Shown here piece after piece: positions 1 to 9,422 of a stretch of 64,000 bases of DNA. Numbering within the stretch: position 1 is the first letter of the stretch; every line of letters begins with the position of its first letter. The stretch lies in IMG/VR virus record IMGVR_UViG_3300006924_000001, one strand, 5' to 3'. Position numbers and translations under genes: made by a program. The notes beneath the pieces are model-generated. The model ran no database searches and was not told the DNA's origin. It worked only from the letters and a program-made list of their open reading frames with translations. The DNA is from an uncultured virus (IMG/VR IMGVR_UViG_3300006924_000001) (lineage: Duplodnaviria > Heunggongvirae > Uroviricota > Caudoviricetes).

Positions 1-39
1 GAAGCCAACCTTTATATGGCTACAACAGGAGGAAATAAT

Positions 40-972
40 ATGTCTTGGGGAACTAAAGCAACAGAAGCGACCGTCACTAAAACGGGATTTGACAAGGACT
101 ACTACCGTGGTCTTTTTGAGAACAACACCGCACAATCGGTGCCTGTACGCATGGCACTAATCGGTAAGGAGAACTGTGCCAAGACCGGTACAGCCATCAG
201 CATTTGCCGACAGGTACGACCGAAGGGTCGCATCTATGTGTTCGATGTTGATAACTCGGCGAAGGCCACCATCGACTCCGCATACGCAGGCGACGATGAA
301 ATCACAGTCCTTCCCCTTCTTGACGAGCGTGACGACAGTATCTTCAACGGGGATGCTACTGTGAACTACGCTAACTTGATTGACAAGGTGAACTACTTCG
401 TGAACATTGTCGCTGACAAGTCAAAGGAAGGAGAAGATATTGCCGGAATTGTATTCGACGGCGGTTCGACCTTCTTGAAGTGGTGCGAGTTCGCAATGAC
501 TGATGTTCTGCTCCGAAAGGGTGTTATCAAAGAAGAAGGCGACTCCTTCAACCAAAAAGAATGGCGCACCCGCAACCAATTGTTCCGCCAAGTTATGACT
601 CGACTTCACGGTCTTGCTGTGCCTTGTGTGTTCTTCACCTTCCACCTCAAAGATGTGTCGAACTATGTTGACAACGGCTCCGGTGGCAAGGTTCTAATGA
701 AGGTCGGCGAGCGACCGGAATGGGACAAAGGTACCATGCGCTTGTTCTCCCAGCAAATCTTCTTGTCACGCTACATGAAGAAGGCTGATACCGCCGCTGG
801 CGTCAAGGCTGACCCGACTCTCAAGAATGACGACGATTGGGTTGTCAAGGCTACCATTGAAGAAATCAAGGGGCAACACATGGAGTTCATCGGACAGACC
901 AACACCATCCTCTCTATTATCAAGGGTAAAGTACAATGGACTGGACTTCCAATGCTCACATGGGGTGCTTGA
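40..972 (+). CDS. RecA-fold P-loop ATPase (AAA_24/Sak4-like recombination ATPase)
   Basis: Walker A variant IGKENCAKT and Walker B IVFDGGS. GGAGG RBS before ATG 40; TATA-like AACCTTTATAT at 7-17. Confidence 0.7.
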   Translation: MSWGTKATEATVTKTGFDKDYYRGLFENNTAQSVPVRMALIGKENCAKTGTAISICRQVRPKGRIYVFDVDNSAKATIDSAYAGDDEITVLPLLDERDDSIFNGDATVNYANLIDKVNYFVNIVADKSKEGEDIAGIVFDGGSTFLKWCEFAMTDVLLRKGVIKEEGDSFNQKEWRTRNQLFRQVMTRLHGLAVPCVFFTFHLKDVSNYVDNGSGGKVLMKVGERPEWDKGTMRLFSQQIFLSRYMKKADTAAGVKADPTLKNDDDWVVKATIEEIKGQHMEFIGQTNTILSIIKGKVQWTGLPMLTWGA

Positions 973-973
973 A

Positions 974-1186
974 ATGAACAGTGAATTGTTTGAAGCGTTG
1001 CAAGGTGTTATCATCGCACTGAAAGACAGAATCGAAGCGATTGAATCTCGCCTTGCTGATTTGGAGTTCACGCTTGATGAACTTCCCGAAATAGGCAACA
1101 TTGTCGCCGCAGTCCAAGAACTTCAAGAAGTTCACGAAGCACCCGCTTCCAAGTTCACACACTACATTTCGGGGGCGAAACAATGA
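974..1186 (+). CDS. Small coiled-coil protein
   Basis: ATG directly after the upstream stop; heptad pattern LKDRIEAIESRLADLE; ATGA overlap with the next gene. Confidence 0.7.
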   Translation: MNSELFEALQGVIIALKDRIEAIESRLADLEFTLDELPEIGNIVAAVQELQEVHEAPASKFTHYISGAKQ

Positions 1187-2076
1187 GCAATTGCTCCGTT
1201 GAAATCGCCAACGCTGACCTCGCTCGCCTCTTGACGGTTATGAAGCGCAAGCAGACTGTGAACGGAAAGCAACAGTCACAGGTTGAGTCACTACTCTTGA
1301 CTTGTATGCACACCGGCTACGACAAGGCGGAAGGCAAGGGTGGACAAGCAATTGCCACGAGCCTAACGAGGGACTTGTCGGGATTGACACAGGTCACCAT
1401 GCCTTGCACTGTCAACGGGTCCGATGTTTGTAGCATTCCCATCCAAAGCATTGACAATATGCTGGGAATCATCAAGTACCACGGTACTCAATTAACGCTC
1501 ATCTTCGATGAAGAGAAGAATCGTTTGAAGATTAAAAGTACGGGAAAACAAACAACGCTCGACGCTTCAAAGAACGCTAAGGCATTCTCCCACAGTCCGG
1601 ACACTATCTCGGAGTTCCACATGAAAGGTATTGAACTTACGAACCGTATTTGGCACAATGACGGTATGTATTACATCAGTGGTACCGGACAGCGCATCCA
1701 ACCTTTCGCCAAATACAGTGTTGATTCGACACAAATGTACGAGGCTTTGCGTTGCGACACCATGAACGGTCAACGACTCAACCGCTACACTATTGGTGCG
1801 GAATACGGCTCTCACCACTTGAAAATTCAAGTCGGCGATATGCACCTCGGACAAACCACGACCAATGTTGCACTTGAAACAATGGCAAAAGAAACATGGG
1901 AATGGCAGTTCGACGGTGGTCTTGATGAAGTGTTCAAATTCATGCCATCCACTTGCGACCTCTACATTTACGACTTCCGTGAATACGGACAAGGTATGCG
2001 AATCTTCATGCACTGGCCTAACATTTTGGGTGCCAGTGAGTTCTTTGCTTTCCAAGCGGGAGTTCTTACTTATTGA
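1183..2076 (+). CDS. Putative divergent DNA sliding clamp (PCNA/beta-clamp-like)
   Basis: 297 aa with two apparent repeats of a strand-helix-strands pattern. Lies in the replication block of a genome encoding RFC and PolB. Fold inferred only. Confidence 0.45.
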   Translation: MSNCSVEIANADLARLLTVMKRKQTVNGKQQSQVESLLLTCMHTGYDKAEGKGGQAIATSLTRDLSGLTQVTMPCTVNGSDVCSIPIQSIDNMLGIIKYHGTQLTLIFDEEKNRLKIKSTGKQTTLDASKNAKAFSHSPDTISEFHMKGIELTNRIWHNDGMYYISGTGQRIQPFAKYSVDSTQMYEALRCDTMNGQRLNRYTIGAEYGSHHLKIQVGDMHLGQTTTNVALETMAKETWEWQFDGGLDEVFKFMPSTCDLYIYDFREYGQGMRIFMHWPNILGASEFFAFQAGVLTY

Positions 2077-2077
2077 T

Positions 2078-2180
2078 TACGACATGGTGGGGTTTGCACC
2101 TCGAAAAAGGGTAAAAGTGTACCTCCGACGCATGAGGGAGATTTGTGTTTCTCTTCCGTACCCGCCCCGCCGCCGTCGTA
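2078..2180 (+). ncRNA. Candidate structured RNA element (multibranch)
   Basis: TACGAC/GTCGTA and GGTGGGGT/GCCCCGCC closing stems enclose three hairpins in an intergenic gap. Confidence 0.35.
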
Positions 2181-2196
2181 TCGTTTGGTGATTGTC

Positions 2197-2526
2197 ATGG
2201 AAGACAATACCATCAACACTCTCAATGGTAGCCTCAAAGGGCTATCAATCGAACAAGTACAGGAAATGTACGACCACACTGGCGGTCGCCTCAAGGGTAG
2301 GAAAATATACCTTAAATTGGCCTGTCTTGCTGTTCTCAAATATCAAAGCAACGGGCGACCGTTGAGCGCACGACAAGTTCGTGCGTTGGGTGACAAATAC
2401 ATCCCTAACGGACAAGGGTGGTCGAATCAAGTGGTGGGAAGTATTCTCGGAATGTTAGCCCGTATGGGTTTGATTGACCGCTCATACGACAAACCTCATA
2501 CATATTGGTGGAAGCATGAATTTTGA
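2197..2526 (+). CDS. Winged-helix DNA-binding protein
   Basis: RPLSARQV...SNQVVGSILGMLARMGLI...YW pattern; GGTGA RBS. Confidence 0.6.
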   Translation: MEDNTINTLNGSLKGLSIEQVQEMYDHTGGRLKGRKIYLKLACLAVLKYQSNGRPLSARQVRALGDKYIPNGQGWSNQVVGSILGMLARMGLIDRSYDKPHTYWWKHEF

Positions 2527-3484
2527 AATACGCACCGGAGATTGTGTCGAACTGATGGCGCACATGGATGATGAGTCCGTTGACACCTGCGTGACCTCCC
2601 CTCCGTATTGGGGACTTCGTGACTACGGTGGTGGTGAAGGTCAATTGGGACTTGAAGCCACGCCCGAAGAGTACATTGATAATATGGTAAAAGTATTCCG
2701 TGAAGTCAAGCGTGTACTCAAGCCCGAAGGTACGCTGTGGCTCAACATTGGTGATTCGTATTGTGCAGGTTCCCGCAAGTCCGGAGTGCCGGACAATGCC
2801 GGTGGCGACCGTGGACTTCCTACTACTCAACGCAACCAAGCCTCCGGCGACCTCAAGCAGAAGGATTTGGTCGGCATCCCGTGGATGCTCGCATTTGCTC
2901 TTCGTGCTGATGGTTGGTATTTGCGACAGGATATTATTTGGGCTAAACCAAATTGTATGCCGGAGTCTGTTCGTGACCGATGTACGAAAAACCATGAGTA
3001 TATCTTTCTTTTATCGAAAAGTAAAGATTACTACTACGACAACGAAGCCATCAAAGAGCCTACTGTGAGCAAGCCGGATAAGAACAAGTCTGCCAACAAG
3101 TACGCCGAGAATGAGGCATGGGCCGCAGGCGACCCCAACCGCACAAGCAAGGCGAAAGGAATCGCAGATGCTCGTGTTAAACAATACGATAAAAGAAACA
3201 AGCGCAGTGTTTGGTGGGTCGGCCCCAAGCCATTCCCCGAAGCGCATTTCGCAGTGTTTCCCGTCGAACTGATTGAGCCTTGCATCCTCGCTGGCTGTCC
3301 CCTCGACGGCACCGTACTGGACCCTTTTGGGGGTGCTGGGACAACCGCCATCGCATCCATTAAGCATGGTCGCAATGCCTTGCTCCTTGAGTACAGTGAA
3401 AAATACAGCGAGATAGCGCAGAAGCGAATACTGGCGTATCGCCAAGAGGTGGGGCTTGACAAACAGGACAGGGAGTGGTTCTAA
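2516..3484 (+). CDS. DNA amino-methyltransferase (N4-C/N6-A, beta class)
   Basis: Catalytic TSPPY motif precedes the SAM-binding VLDPFGGAGTT motif; HFAVFP. Confidence 0.92.
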   Translation: MNFEIRTGDCVELMAHMDDESVDTCVTSPPYWGLRDYGGGEGQLGLEATPEEYIDNMVKVFREVKRVLKPEGTLWLNIGDSYCAGSRKSGVPDNAGGDRGLPTTQRNQASGDLKQKDLVGIPWMLAFALRADGWYLRQDIIWAKPNCMPESVRDRCTKNHEYIFLLSKSKDYYYDNEAIKEPTVSKPDKNKSANKYAENEAWAAGDPNRTSKAKGIADARVKQYDKRNKRSVWWVGPKPFPEAHFAVFPVELIEPCILAGCPLDGTVLDPFGGAGTTAIASIKHGRNALLLEYSEKYSEIAQKRILAYRQEVGLDKQDREWF

Positions 3485-3645
3485 TGCCACGGAACTGTCT
3501 TCGTAAATGTAACGGTTGCGGTCGGGTAGTTATGTCCGCCGCCAACAATCACCGTGTTAGCATCAACGGGGAGCGGAAATACTGCGGAACCCAGCGTGTT
3601 GTTCGTGATGAAGAAGTGATTCGGGTTTATATGGCTGACCAGTGA
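3484..3645 (+). CDS. Small Zn-finger protein (53 aa)
   Basis: My translation: MPRNCLRKCNGCG...H...YCGTQRVVRDEE. TAATG coupling to the MTase; paralog at 36708. Confidence 0.65.
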   Translation: MPRNCLRKCNGCGRVVMSAANNHRVSINGERKYCGTQRVVRDEEVIRVYMADQ

Positions 3646-3675
3646 CTTTATATCCCCCCGCCCTAATCAAGTATC

Positions 3676-4005
3676 ATGGCGCAGTACCCGCTAACCGAAG
3701 CCCTAAAGGAAAATCTAATTCTCAACACCATTAGAATGATGGATGTTGACGAGGATGTCAGCCCGAATTGCGAAACAGAATTTCAATTCGATTATGGTGG
3801 CCGAACAATTGTTGCTTCGGTTAAAATTACCGAAATACCAAAGGACAAATTGTACAGGGACCGAGATTGGTTGTATAACGAGTATGTCACCAAAGGTAAA
3901 ACGCTCAAGGAAATAGCATCAATTTTCAATATCACCCCGATGAGTATTCACCAGTGGCTCGTGAAATTGAACATCCCCGCACGACCTCGTGGTCGCCGTC
4001 AATAA
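3676..4005 (+). CDS. HTH DNA-binding protein
   Basis: YRDRDWLYNEYVTKGKTLKEIASIFNITPMSIHQWL is a typical archaeal-virus HTH; own TATA box at ~3646. Confidence 0.75.
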   Translation: MAQYPLTEALKENLILNTIRMMDVDEDVSPNCETEFQFDYGGRTIVASVKITEIPKDKLYRDRDWLYNEYVTKGKTLKEIASIFNITPMSIHQWLVKLNIPARPRGRRQ

Positions 4006-4047
4006 CCTTTATATGCCTACAATACAAGGGTATATTGGGGCAGACAG

Positions 4048-4407
4048 ATGATTGACTTGACCAAATACAAAGGACACTTAGCAAGCGAAGGACAGACTTG
4101 GGCTTGGTCTAAGTGGATGCTAAAGAACGCTGAAACGGTTGACCAACACACGACCACAGCCTTTCTACTGAACGACGCACCACTTCTCCTTGAAGAAGTC
4201 AAGCGGCTGAACCGCTTTGCCCATTGTGCTATGAACTTCATGTCCAAGCATGATTTACATTTTCAATTCTTGAATGAGTATGGTGTTTATACCTCACCCG
4301 ATGGTGGTTCAATTTCCATGTTTATTCCATACTCATACAAATGGGATGATGAAACCAAAGTATCAAATGAATCAATTCAATTCACTGTAAGGGGTGAAGA
4401 AGAATGA
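4048..4407 (+). CDS. Hypothetical protein
   Basis: ORF follows promoter AACCTTTATATGCC; ATGA overlap with polB. Confidence 0.7.
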   Translation: MIDLTKYKGHLASEGQTWAWSKWMLKNAETVDQHTTTAFLLNDAPLLLEEVKRLNRFAHCAMNFMSKHDLHFQFLNEYGVYTSPDGGSISMFIPYSYKWDDETKVSNESIQFTVRGEEE

Positions 4408-6647
4408 TTGTTGAACAGAAAGGTAAGAACGATGTGGTCGTTCGCTATCGTGACAAAGACGGTAAGCGACAGGAAACAGTAATCAAGAAGTATCTTCCGT
4501 ACTGTTATGTTAGTGAAGAAGACTCAAAGTACATTCACGGTTATACTAAGACCAACGGATTCACAGGAGTCTTTGGTACGCCCCTCGTGAAAATTGAGGG
4601 TTATTCCACTTGGGACATTCGTGAAATCAACAAGACTGGTCACACTTGGGAAGGGAACATCCCCTTCACAAACCAAGCATTGAGTGCAAGAGTTAAGGCT
4701 GGCGAAAAGCCGTTTGATTCCTACAACCACAGGGTTTGGTACCTTGACGGTGAGTGGAAAATCAACAGTGGCGAAATCACAATGCTCTCGGTCTATGATT
4801 CTTTTACCGAAAGACTATACTCGTGGGCTGTGATGCCTAAAGGTGCTTATTGGGATTCTCTCGGCAAAGGGAAATACAACATGCTCAAGGGTGAAGACGG
4901 TAAGGAGTACCACTACGAAACACCCGTCATTCTCTTCGACACCGAGGCTGAACTCTTGTCGCATTTTGTATCTTTCATGCGGAAGCATGACCCCGACATT
5001 ATCACCGGTTGGTATGTCACGGGAGCCGACATAAAGCAAATCATCGAACGCTGTGGCAAAACCGGCGTTCGTGCCAGCACTATGTCGCCAATGAACAAGT
5101 TACGCTACGAGTACAGGGATTGGTCGCAACCAATCGTTGGTCGGAACATTATCGACTTGCGCCTCGCATTCCCCAAGTTGTACGAGTTGAAGAATGGCAA
5201 GTTACCGAACTACAAGTTGGATGATGTTGCTTGGGAAGCATTGGGGGAAAAGAAAGTCGAACTCAAGGATGGTCACGATACCTACTACACTGACCCCGTT
5301 CTGTATCTTCACTACAACCGCATAGATGTTGAACTCCTTCCGAAGTTAGACAAGATGGTGAACGCTTTGGAATACTTCATCGCTGTACAGCACATTGCTC
5401 AATGCGAGATTCGCTCGACACCACACATCACGCAGGTTTTCTCGTGCCTTGCTTTGAGTGACCCACAGTTCAAAAAACAATTGCCAAGTGAGCCACGATT
5501 TCAAGCCGAGGCGTATGAAGGTGCGATTGTCATGGATGGTGAGAAAGGTGTGTATGACGCCATTGGTATTTTTGACATAAAAGCAATGTACCACAGCAAT
5601 GTCGCTTTGCATAACATTTCATGGGACACACTCTCCGAGGGTGGGAAGGACTGTGGGAATGGGACTTGTTTCTCACAGGATGAGAAGGGGTTGTTGGTGC
5701 GACAAATGGACAAAATGACTGTCTTGCGTGACCACTACAAGGGCTTGATGAAGGAGGCTACGAGCGAAGCAGAAAAGGTCCGATACGACGCCTTGCAGTA
5801 CGCTACAAAGTCCCTCGTCGCTTCGATGTACGGTGTGGCCGGTGACAGCAAATACGGGCTGTACCACCCCGAAATCGCTTCGGCCATCACATACACCTCT
5901 CGACAGACCTTGCTGAAATTAGCATCCGTCGCAGAAGACATGGGTCACCCTGTTGTGTACGGTCACACGGACTCGGTGATGTGTCAAGTACATAGTCCCG
6001 AAGAAGGAATGCAATCGGTCATTGAAATGAACAAGCGTATGTACCCAATCATTGTGCAATTTGAAAAGTGGTCGCAGTCATTCCTACTGATGGAGAAGAA
6101 TCGGTACGCCGGTTTGGTGACTTGGACCGATGGGGAACTTCACGAACCCAAGCGTTATGTTAAGGGAATAGAAATGAAGCAATCAAGGATGCCGAGCGTG
6201 ATGAAGAATGCGATGGGTCTTGTCATTGACTCGGTGCTAAAGCACTACTGCTCCGATGATGTGAACGCTGAACTGACTGAACTTATTGAAGGCGTCATGG
6301 AGAAGAAGTTCCCCGATGAAGACTTGTGTATGAAGGGTAAATTGACGAAGGACTTGAAGCAATATACGAGCGTTGCTGGCCCAGCCGCAGGCGCACAGTG
6401 GGCCAACCGTGTGTTGGGTAAAGGTTACCGAGGTGGTGATTATTTCCTTTGTAGTATTGATAAGGATGGGAATTACATAGCCTTTGACAACCCATCCGAA
6501 ATCGAAGGTATTGCCGAGATTGGTCGGCAGGTCATGGTCGAACGCTTCATCATCAACAAGGTTTTACCTTATTACAAAGTGGCTAATTGGGACATAGAAC
6601 CGTTGCACCGAGCCATGAACGGTAAGTCGAAGGTACAGTGGTTCTAA
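4404..6647 (+). CDS. polB: Family B DNA polymerase with 3'-5' exonuclease
   Basis: ExoI YLDGE, ExoIII YNRID, motif A FDIKAMYHS, motif B KSLVASMYG, motif C YGHTDS, KNRYAG, VKGIE. Confidence 0.95.
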   Translation: MIVEQKGKNDVVVRYRDKDGKRQETVIKKYLPYCYVSEEDSKYIHGYTKTNGFTGVFGTPLVKIEGYSTWDIREINKTGHTWEGNIPFTNQALSARVKAGEKPFDSYNHRVWYLDGEWKINSGEITMLSVYDSFTERLYSWAVMPKGAYWDSLGKGKYNMLKGEDGKEYHYETPVILFDTEAELLSHFVSFMRKHDPDIITGWYVTGADIKQIIERCGKTGVRASTMSPMNKLRYEYRDWSQPIVGRNIIDLRLAFPKLYELKNGKLPNYKLDDVAWEALGEKKVELKDGHDTYYTDPVLYLHYNRIDVELLPKLDKMVNALEYFIAVQHIAQCEIRSTPHITQVFSCLALSDPQFKKQLPSEPRFQAEAYEGAIVMDGEKGVYDAIGIFDIKAMYHSNVALHNISWDTLSEGGKDCGNGTCFSQDEKGLLVRQMDKMTVLRDHYKGLMKEATSEAEKVRYDALQYATKSLVASMYGVAGDSKYGLYHPEIASAITYTSRQTLLKLASVAEDMGHPVVYGHTDSVMCQVHSPEEGMQSVIEMNKRMYPIIVQFEKWSQSFLLMEKNRYAGLVTWTDGELHEPKRYVKGIEMKQSRMPSVMKNAMGLVIDSVLKHYCSDDVNAELTELIEGVMEKKFPDEDLCMKGKLTKDLKQYTSVAGPAAGAQWANRVLGKGYRGGDYFLCSIDKDGNYIAFDNPSEIEGIAEIGRQVMVERFIINKVLPYYKVANWDIEPLHRAMNGKSKVQWF

Positions 6648-6701
6648 GTGCCGGTTAGACAGGTTTATAAGAAGGCGGTACTTGGGAAGGGTTGATAGAG
6701 G

Positions 6702-7019
6702 ATGGCAAACGGCGTTCGTGGAATCAAAAAAATGAGCCAAAATCAATTGACGCAAGCGTTGGTTGAATTGAATGCGAGGGTCCACATGCTTTCCACTGCT
6801 GTGTCTAACGACATGCAACGGGTCAATGTGGTGATGTTTTCTCTATTGCAAGAACTCGGTTTTGCCGACAAGAAAGAGTGTCCGGCGTGTGAGGTTGTGA
6901 ATATGCGACCTATGCTGACCGGTATTGAGATTGACCCTCACTGTGTCGAATGCGGTCACCGTATCGACCCACTGCCGGAAGAAGCATTTACCGGTGAGAT
7001 GCTTGACTCCGAGGAATGA
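6702..7019 (+). CDS. Zn-ribbon protein
   Basis: CPAC...CVEC; TATA (TTTATAA) at ~6664. Confidence 0.7.
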   Translation: MANGVRGIKKMSQNQLTQALVELNARVHMLSTAVSNDMQRVNVVMFSLLQELGFADKKECPACEVVNMRPMLTGIEIDPHCVECGHRIDPLPEEAFTGEMLDSEE

Positions 7020-7050
7020 TTTATACAACACTTTAGAGGTGAAATTACTT

Positions 7051-7320
7051 ATGCAATACATTGTTGACTCCGCAGAAATTTCCGACTTGGAGAAAGCCAT
7101 TGCTCAACACGGTCACCCTAATGTGTGGTGGCTTGCTGATTCGACCCGCTCCCGTGAGGCTACTCTTTTGGGCCTCCCTAACAGCCGTATGCTTGCTAAA
7201 CAGAACTTTACAGCGGAGTCTGCTCTCGCTCTCTTTGGGGAACACGGTGCCATTTGGGTTGAGAAGGTGCCTGCCAAGAAAGCACCTGCCAAGAAACCTT
7301 CTTCTAAGAAGGAAGAGTGA
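7051..7320 (+). CDS. Hypothetical protein with Lys/Ala/Pro-rich tail
   Basis: GAGGTGA RBS; PAKKAPAKK C-terminus. Confidence 0.7.
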   Translation: MQYIVDSAEISDLEKAIAQHGHPNVWWLADSTRSREATLLGLPNSRMLAKQNFTAESALALFGEHGAIWVEKVPAKKAPAKKPSSKKEE

Positions 7321-7321
7321 C

Positions 7322-7350
7322 TTTAGTCGCCTATCCCAACCTTTATATGC
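7322..7350 (+). promoter_or_regulatory. TTTAGTCG box + BRE/TATA promoter (probably leaderless)
   Basis: TTTAGTCG, then CCAACCTTTATAT; ATG 28 nt after the TATA box. Confidence 0.65.
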
Positions 7351-7370
7351 CTGCCCGTGTATGTATATAC

Positions 7371-8291
7371 ATGGGAGAAGTAAAGAACTCGACATATGAC
7401 CCTACTAAGGTCACTGACGAAATGTGCTTGCGCGTTAGCAAGTCTTCGTACACGCAGTACGCCATGTGTCCTCGGCAGTATTGGTGGAACAAGATAGCAC
7501 TTCCGGACTTGGAGTTCAAGTCCAGCGACGCCGCTATTCGTGGTACTGCTATCCACCAAGTTATGGAGGATTCGCTACGGGAAGTGTCTTTGAACAAGAC
7601 TGTTGAAGTTGGCGTCAATACGCAGATGCACAATGTATTCGACAAACACGCTGTCGCTCAAGATGTTCAAACCGAAGTCGGTGTTGATGCTCTTTGTGAG
7701 ATTCTTGGCGAGGTTGCTAATGCTTGGGGTCACTTTGAAATTGTTGAACTTGAGGACAAGCACATCATCCCTCACACAATCGAAGTCTTGGTGCCTAACG
7801 AGGCCGAGGATGGCGTCGATACTGTCACCTACTCGGTGGAACTCGTCGGCATGATTGACGGCGTTTTCCGACATCCCGACGGTCACCTTGTCGTTGTCGA
7901 ATTGAAGACCGGCAACGCCAACATGAGCAAGTTATCCCGCACCCGTGGGGAACTGTGCTACTATCGCAAATTGTTGATGCTCGCAGGTTACGACGAACCG
8001 ACTCACTTCTTGACCATCTTCCCCGACTCCGACGACGCCGAGTTCATGCTTAAGTTAGAAGGGAAAAGAAACACCGAGATTTACTGCGGTTTGATGCAGG
8101 GCGTTGGTGTGTACGAGAAAATTAACACGCGTAGTATCACCGCTATGGAGAAGAAGTTAAATAACTCCGTACACGGCATTATGACCCAACAGTGGCCTAT
8201 CAAGTGGAACGAATACTTTTGCACCCAATGGTGTGACTTCCATTTGTCGTGCAACGAAGAACTTATTGGAGTGGACAACGATGAATTGTAA
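7371..8291 (+). CDS. Cas4/RecB-like PD-(D/E)xK nuclease with Fe-S cysteines
   Basis: CPRQYW, RGTAIH, GMIDG, ELKTG and C-terminal CTQWCDFHLSC. Confidence 0.85.
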   Translation: MGEVKNSTYDPTKVTDEMCLRVSKSSYTQYAMCPRQYWWNKIALPDLEFKSSDAAIRGTAIHQVMEDSLREVSLNKTVEVGVNTQMHNVFDKHAVAQDVQTEVGVDALCEILGEVANAWGHFEIVELEDKHIIPHTIEVLVPNEAEDGVDTVTYSVELVGMIDGVFRHPDGHLVVVELKTGNANMSKLSRTRGELCYYRKLLMLAGYDEPTHFLTIFPDSDDAEFMLKLEGKRNTEIYCGLMQGVGVYEKINTRSITAMEKKLNNSVHGIMTQQWPIKWNEYFCTQWCDFHLSCNEELIGVDNDEL

Positions 8292-8418
8292 GAAATGTGA
8301 TAGTGGAGATATTAAGACAGAAGTAATGTGGAGAGTAACGGGTCAACAAGGGTTGGCTCCCGAATCAATCACTGTAAATAAATGTCAAGGGTGTGGAACA
8401 CAATGGACAACCTCTTGA
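8281..8418 (+). CDS. Zn-ribbon protein
   Basis: CKKC...CQGCGTQW. Confidence 0.65.
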   Translation: MNCKKCDSGDIKTEVMWRVTGQQGLAPESITVNKCQGCGTQWTTS

Positions 8419-9410
8419 ATATGCCTCGTGAGATTGGTTTGAAGCGTAGTCACTGTACCTCCGAAAAACAGTTACGCTCTTACATAAATAAGTTAAACGG
8501 TAAAGCAAACCTTTACACTTCCCTGTACTCATTTCGTGACAAGGACCGTAATGCGCCGTGGAAGTATGACGCTTCTTCGGCCATTATTGACCGAGCGTGG
8601 TGGGACTTCGATGCTGGAAATAACGGCGGAATCGAGAAGGTTAAGAGCGAGGTATGTATTCTTCTCTCTCGATTGGCCGGAGATGTTAGAGTCGTGGCTA
8701 CTGGTCGAGGGTTCCATATCCACCAATTGTTCTCCCGTTCTGTTATGGGCAGTGAGTTCCACCGACACCTTTCTCGCTATCAACGATTGATGGCAGACGG
8801 ACTCAAGACCCTTGATGGGTTTGCTTTTCCGGCTAAACTAACTCGCCTTCCAAACACATACAATGTGACCCGTGGCCGCTACGCCGTTGTCATTCCCCCG
8901 AAGGCTTTGTTGGATGATTCCTTCAAGATACCGAACAAGCCACAGGACTTGTGGATTCAGTTCTGTCCCTTCTTTGGCGAACCAAACAACAGCGACTTTG
9001 ACTTTGTTAAGTGGGCCGCTGACAACCCCGAACCAAAGGTTGAACTTCAAGAGTTCAATGGGGAAATCGAATTGGCTGGTGATGTTCCAATCATGCCATG
9101 TTTGCAAAAAGCAATTGAAGTTCCGAACCCAACACATCCTATTCGTGTCGCTCTCGTGCAACACATGGCACAGGAATTGCGGTGGTTTGCTGACCCCAAG
9201 AGTCTATCGACAGAACAGCGAAAGTCAATTGAAGAAACGATTTTCCAATACATTAAATCATTGGGCTGGCGTGACTTCAACGAGTATTACACCCGACAAG
9301 GTATTAGGACTAATCTAAACTACGCCAACGCCCCATCGTGCAATTGGTACAACCTGCGAGGTATGTGTGCTGGCAAGTGTTGGAAATACGACGGAACAAT
9401 AGGTTCATAG
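8403..9410 (+). CDS. Archaeo-eukaryotic primase, PriS fused to a PriL-like Fe-S domain
   Basis: AEP motifs WDFD and TGRGFH, RLPNT; C-terminal PC...PSC...C...C. Confidence 0.85.
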   Translation: MDNLLNMPREIGLKRSHCTSEKQLRSYINKLNGKANLYTSLYSFRDKDRNAPWKYDASSAIIDRAWWDFDAGNNGGIEKVKSEVCILLSRLAGDVRVVATGRGFHIHQLFSRSVMGSEFHRHLSRYQRLMADGLKTLDGFAFPAKLTRLPNTYNVTRGRYAVVIPPKALLDDSFKIPNKPQDLWIQFCPFFGEPNNSDFDFVKWAADNPEPKVELQEFNGEIELAGDVPIMPCLQKAIEVPNPTHPIRVALVQHMAQELRWFADPKSLSTEQRKSIEETIFQYIKSLGWRDFNEYYTRQGIRTNLNYANAPSCNWYNLRGMCAGKCWKYDGTIGS

Positions 9411-9422
9411 ACCATTGGTTGA

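Noticed and set aside
2078..2180. tRNA gene
   Set aside because: Cloverleaf-like, but arm lengths are wrong and T-loop, D-loop and CCA signatures are missing.
7371..8291. CRISPR-Cas locus suggested by the Cas4-like gene
   Set aside because: No cas1/cas2 or array; solo Cas4-like nucleases are common in viral replication modules.
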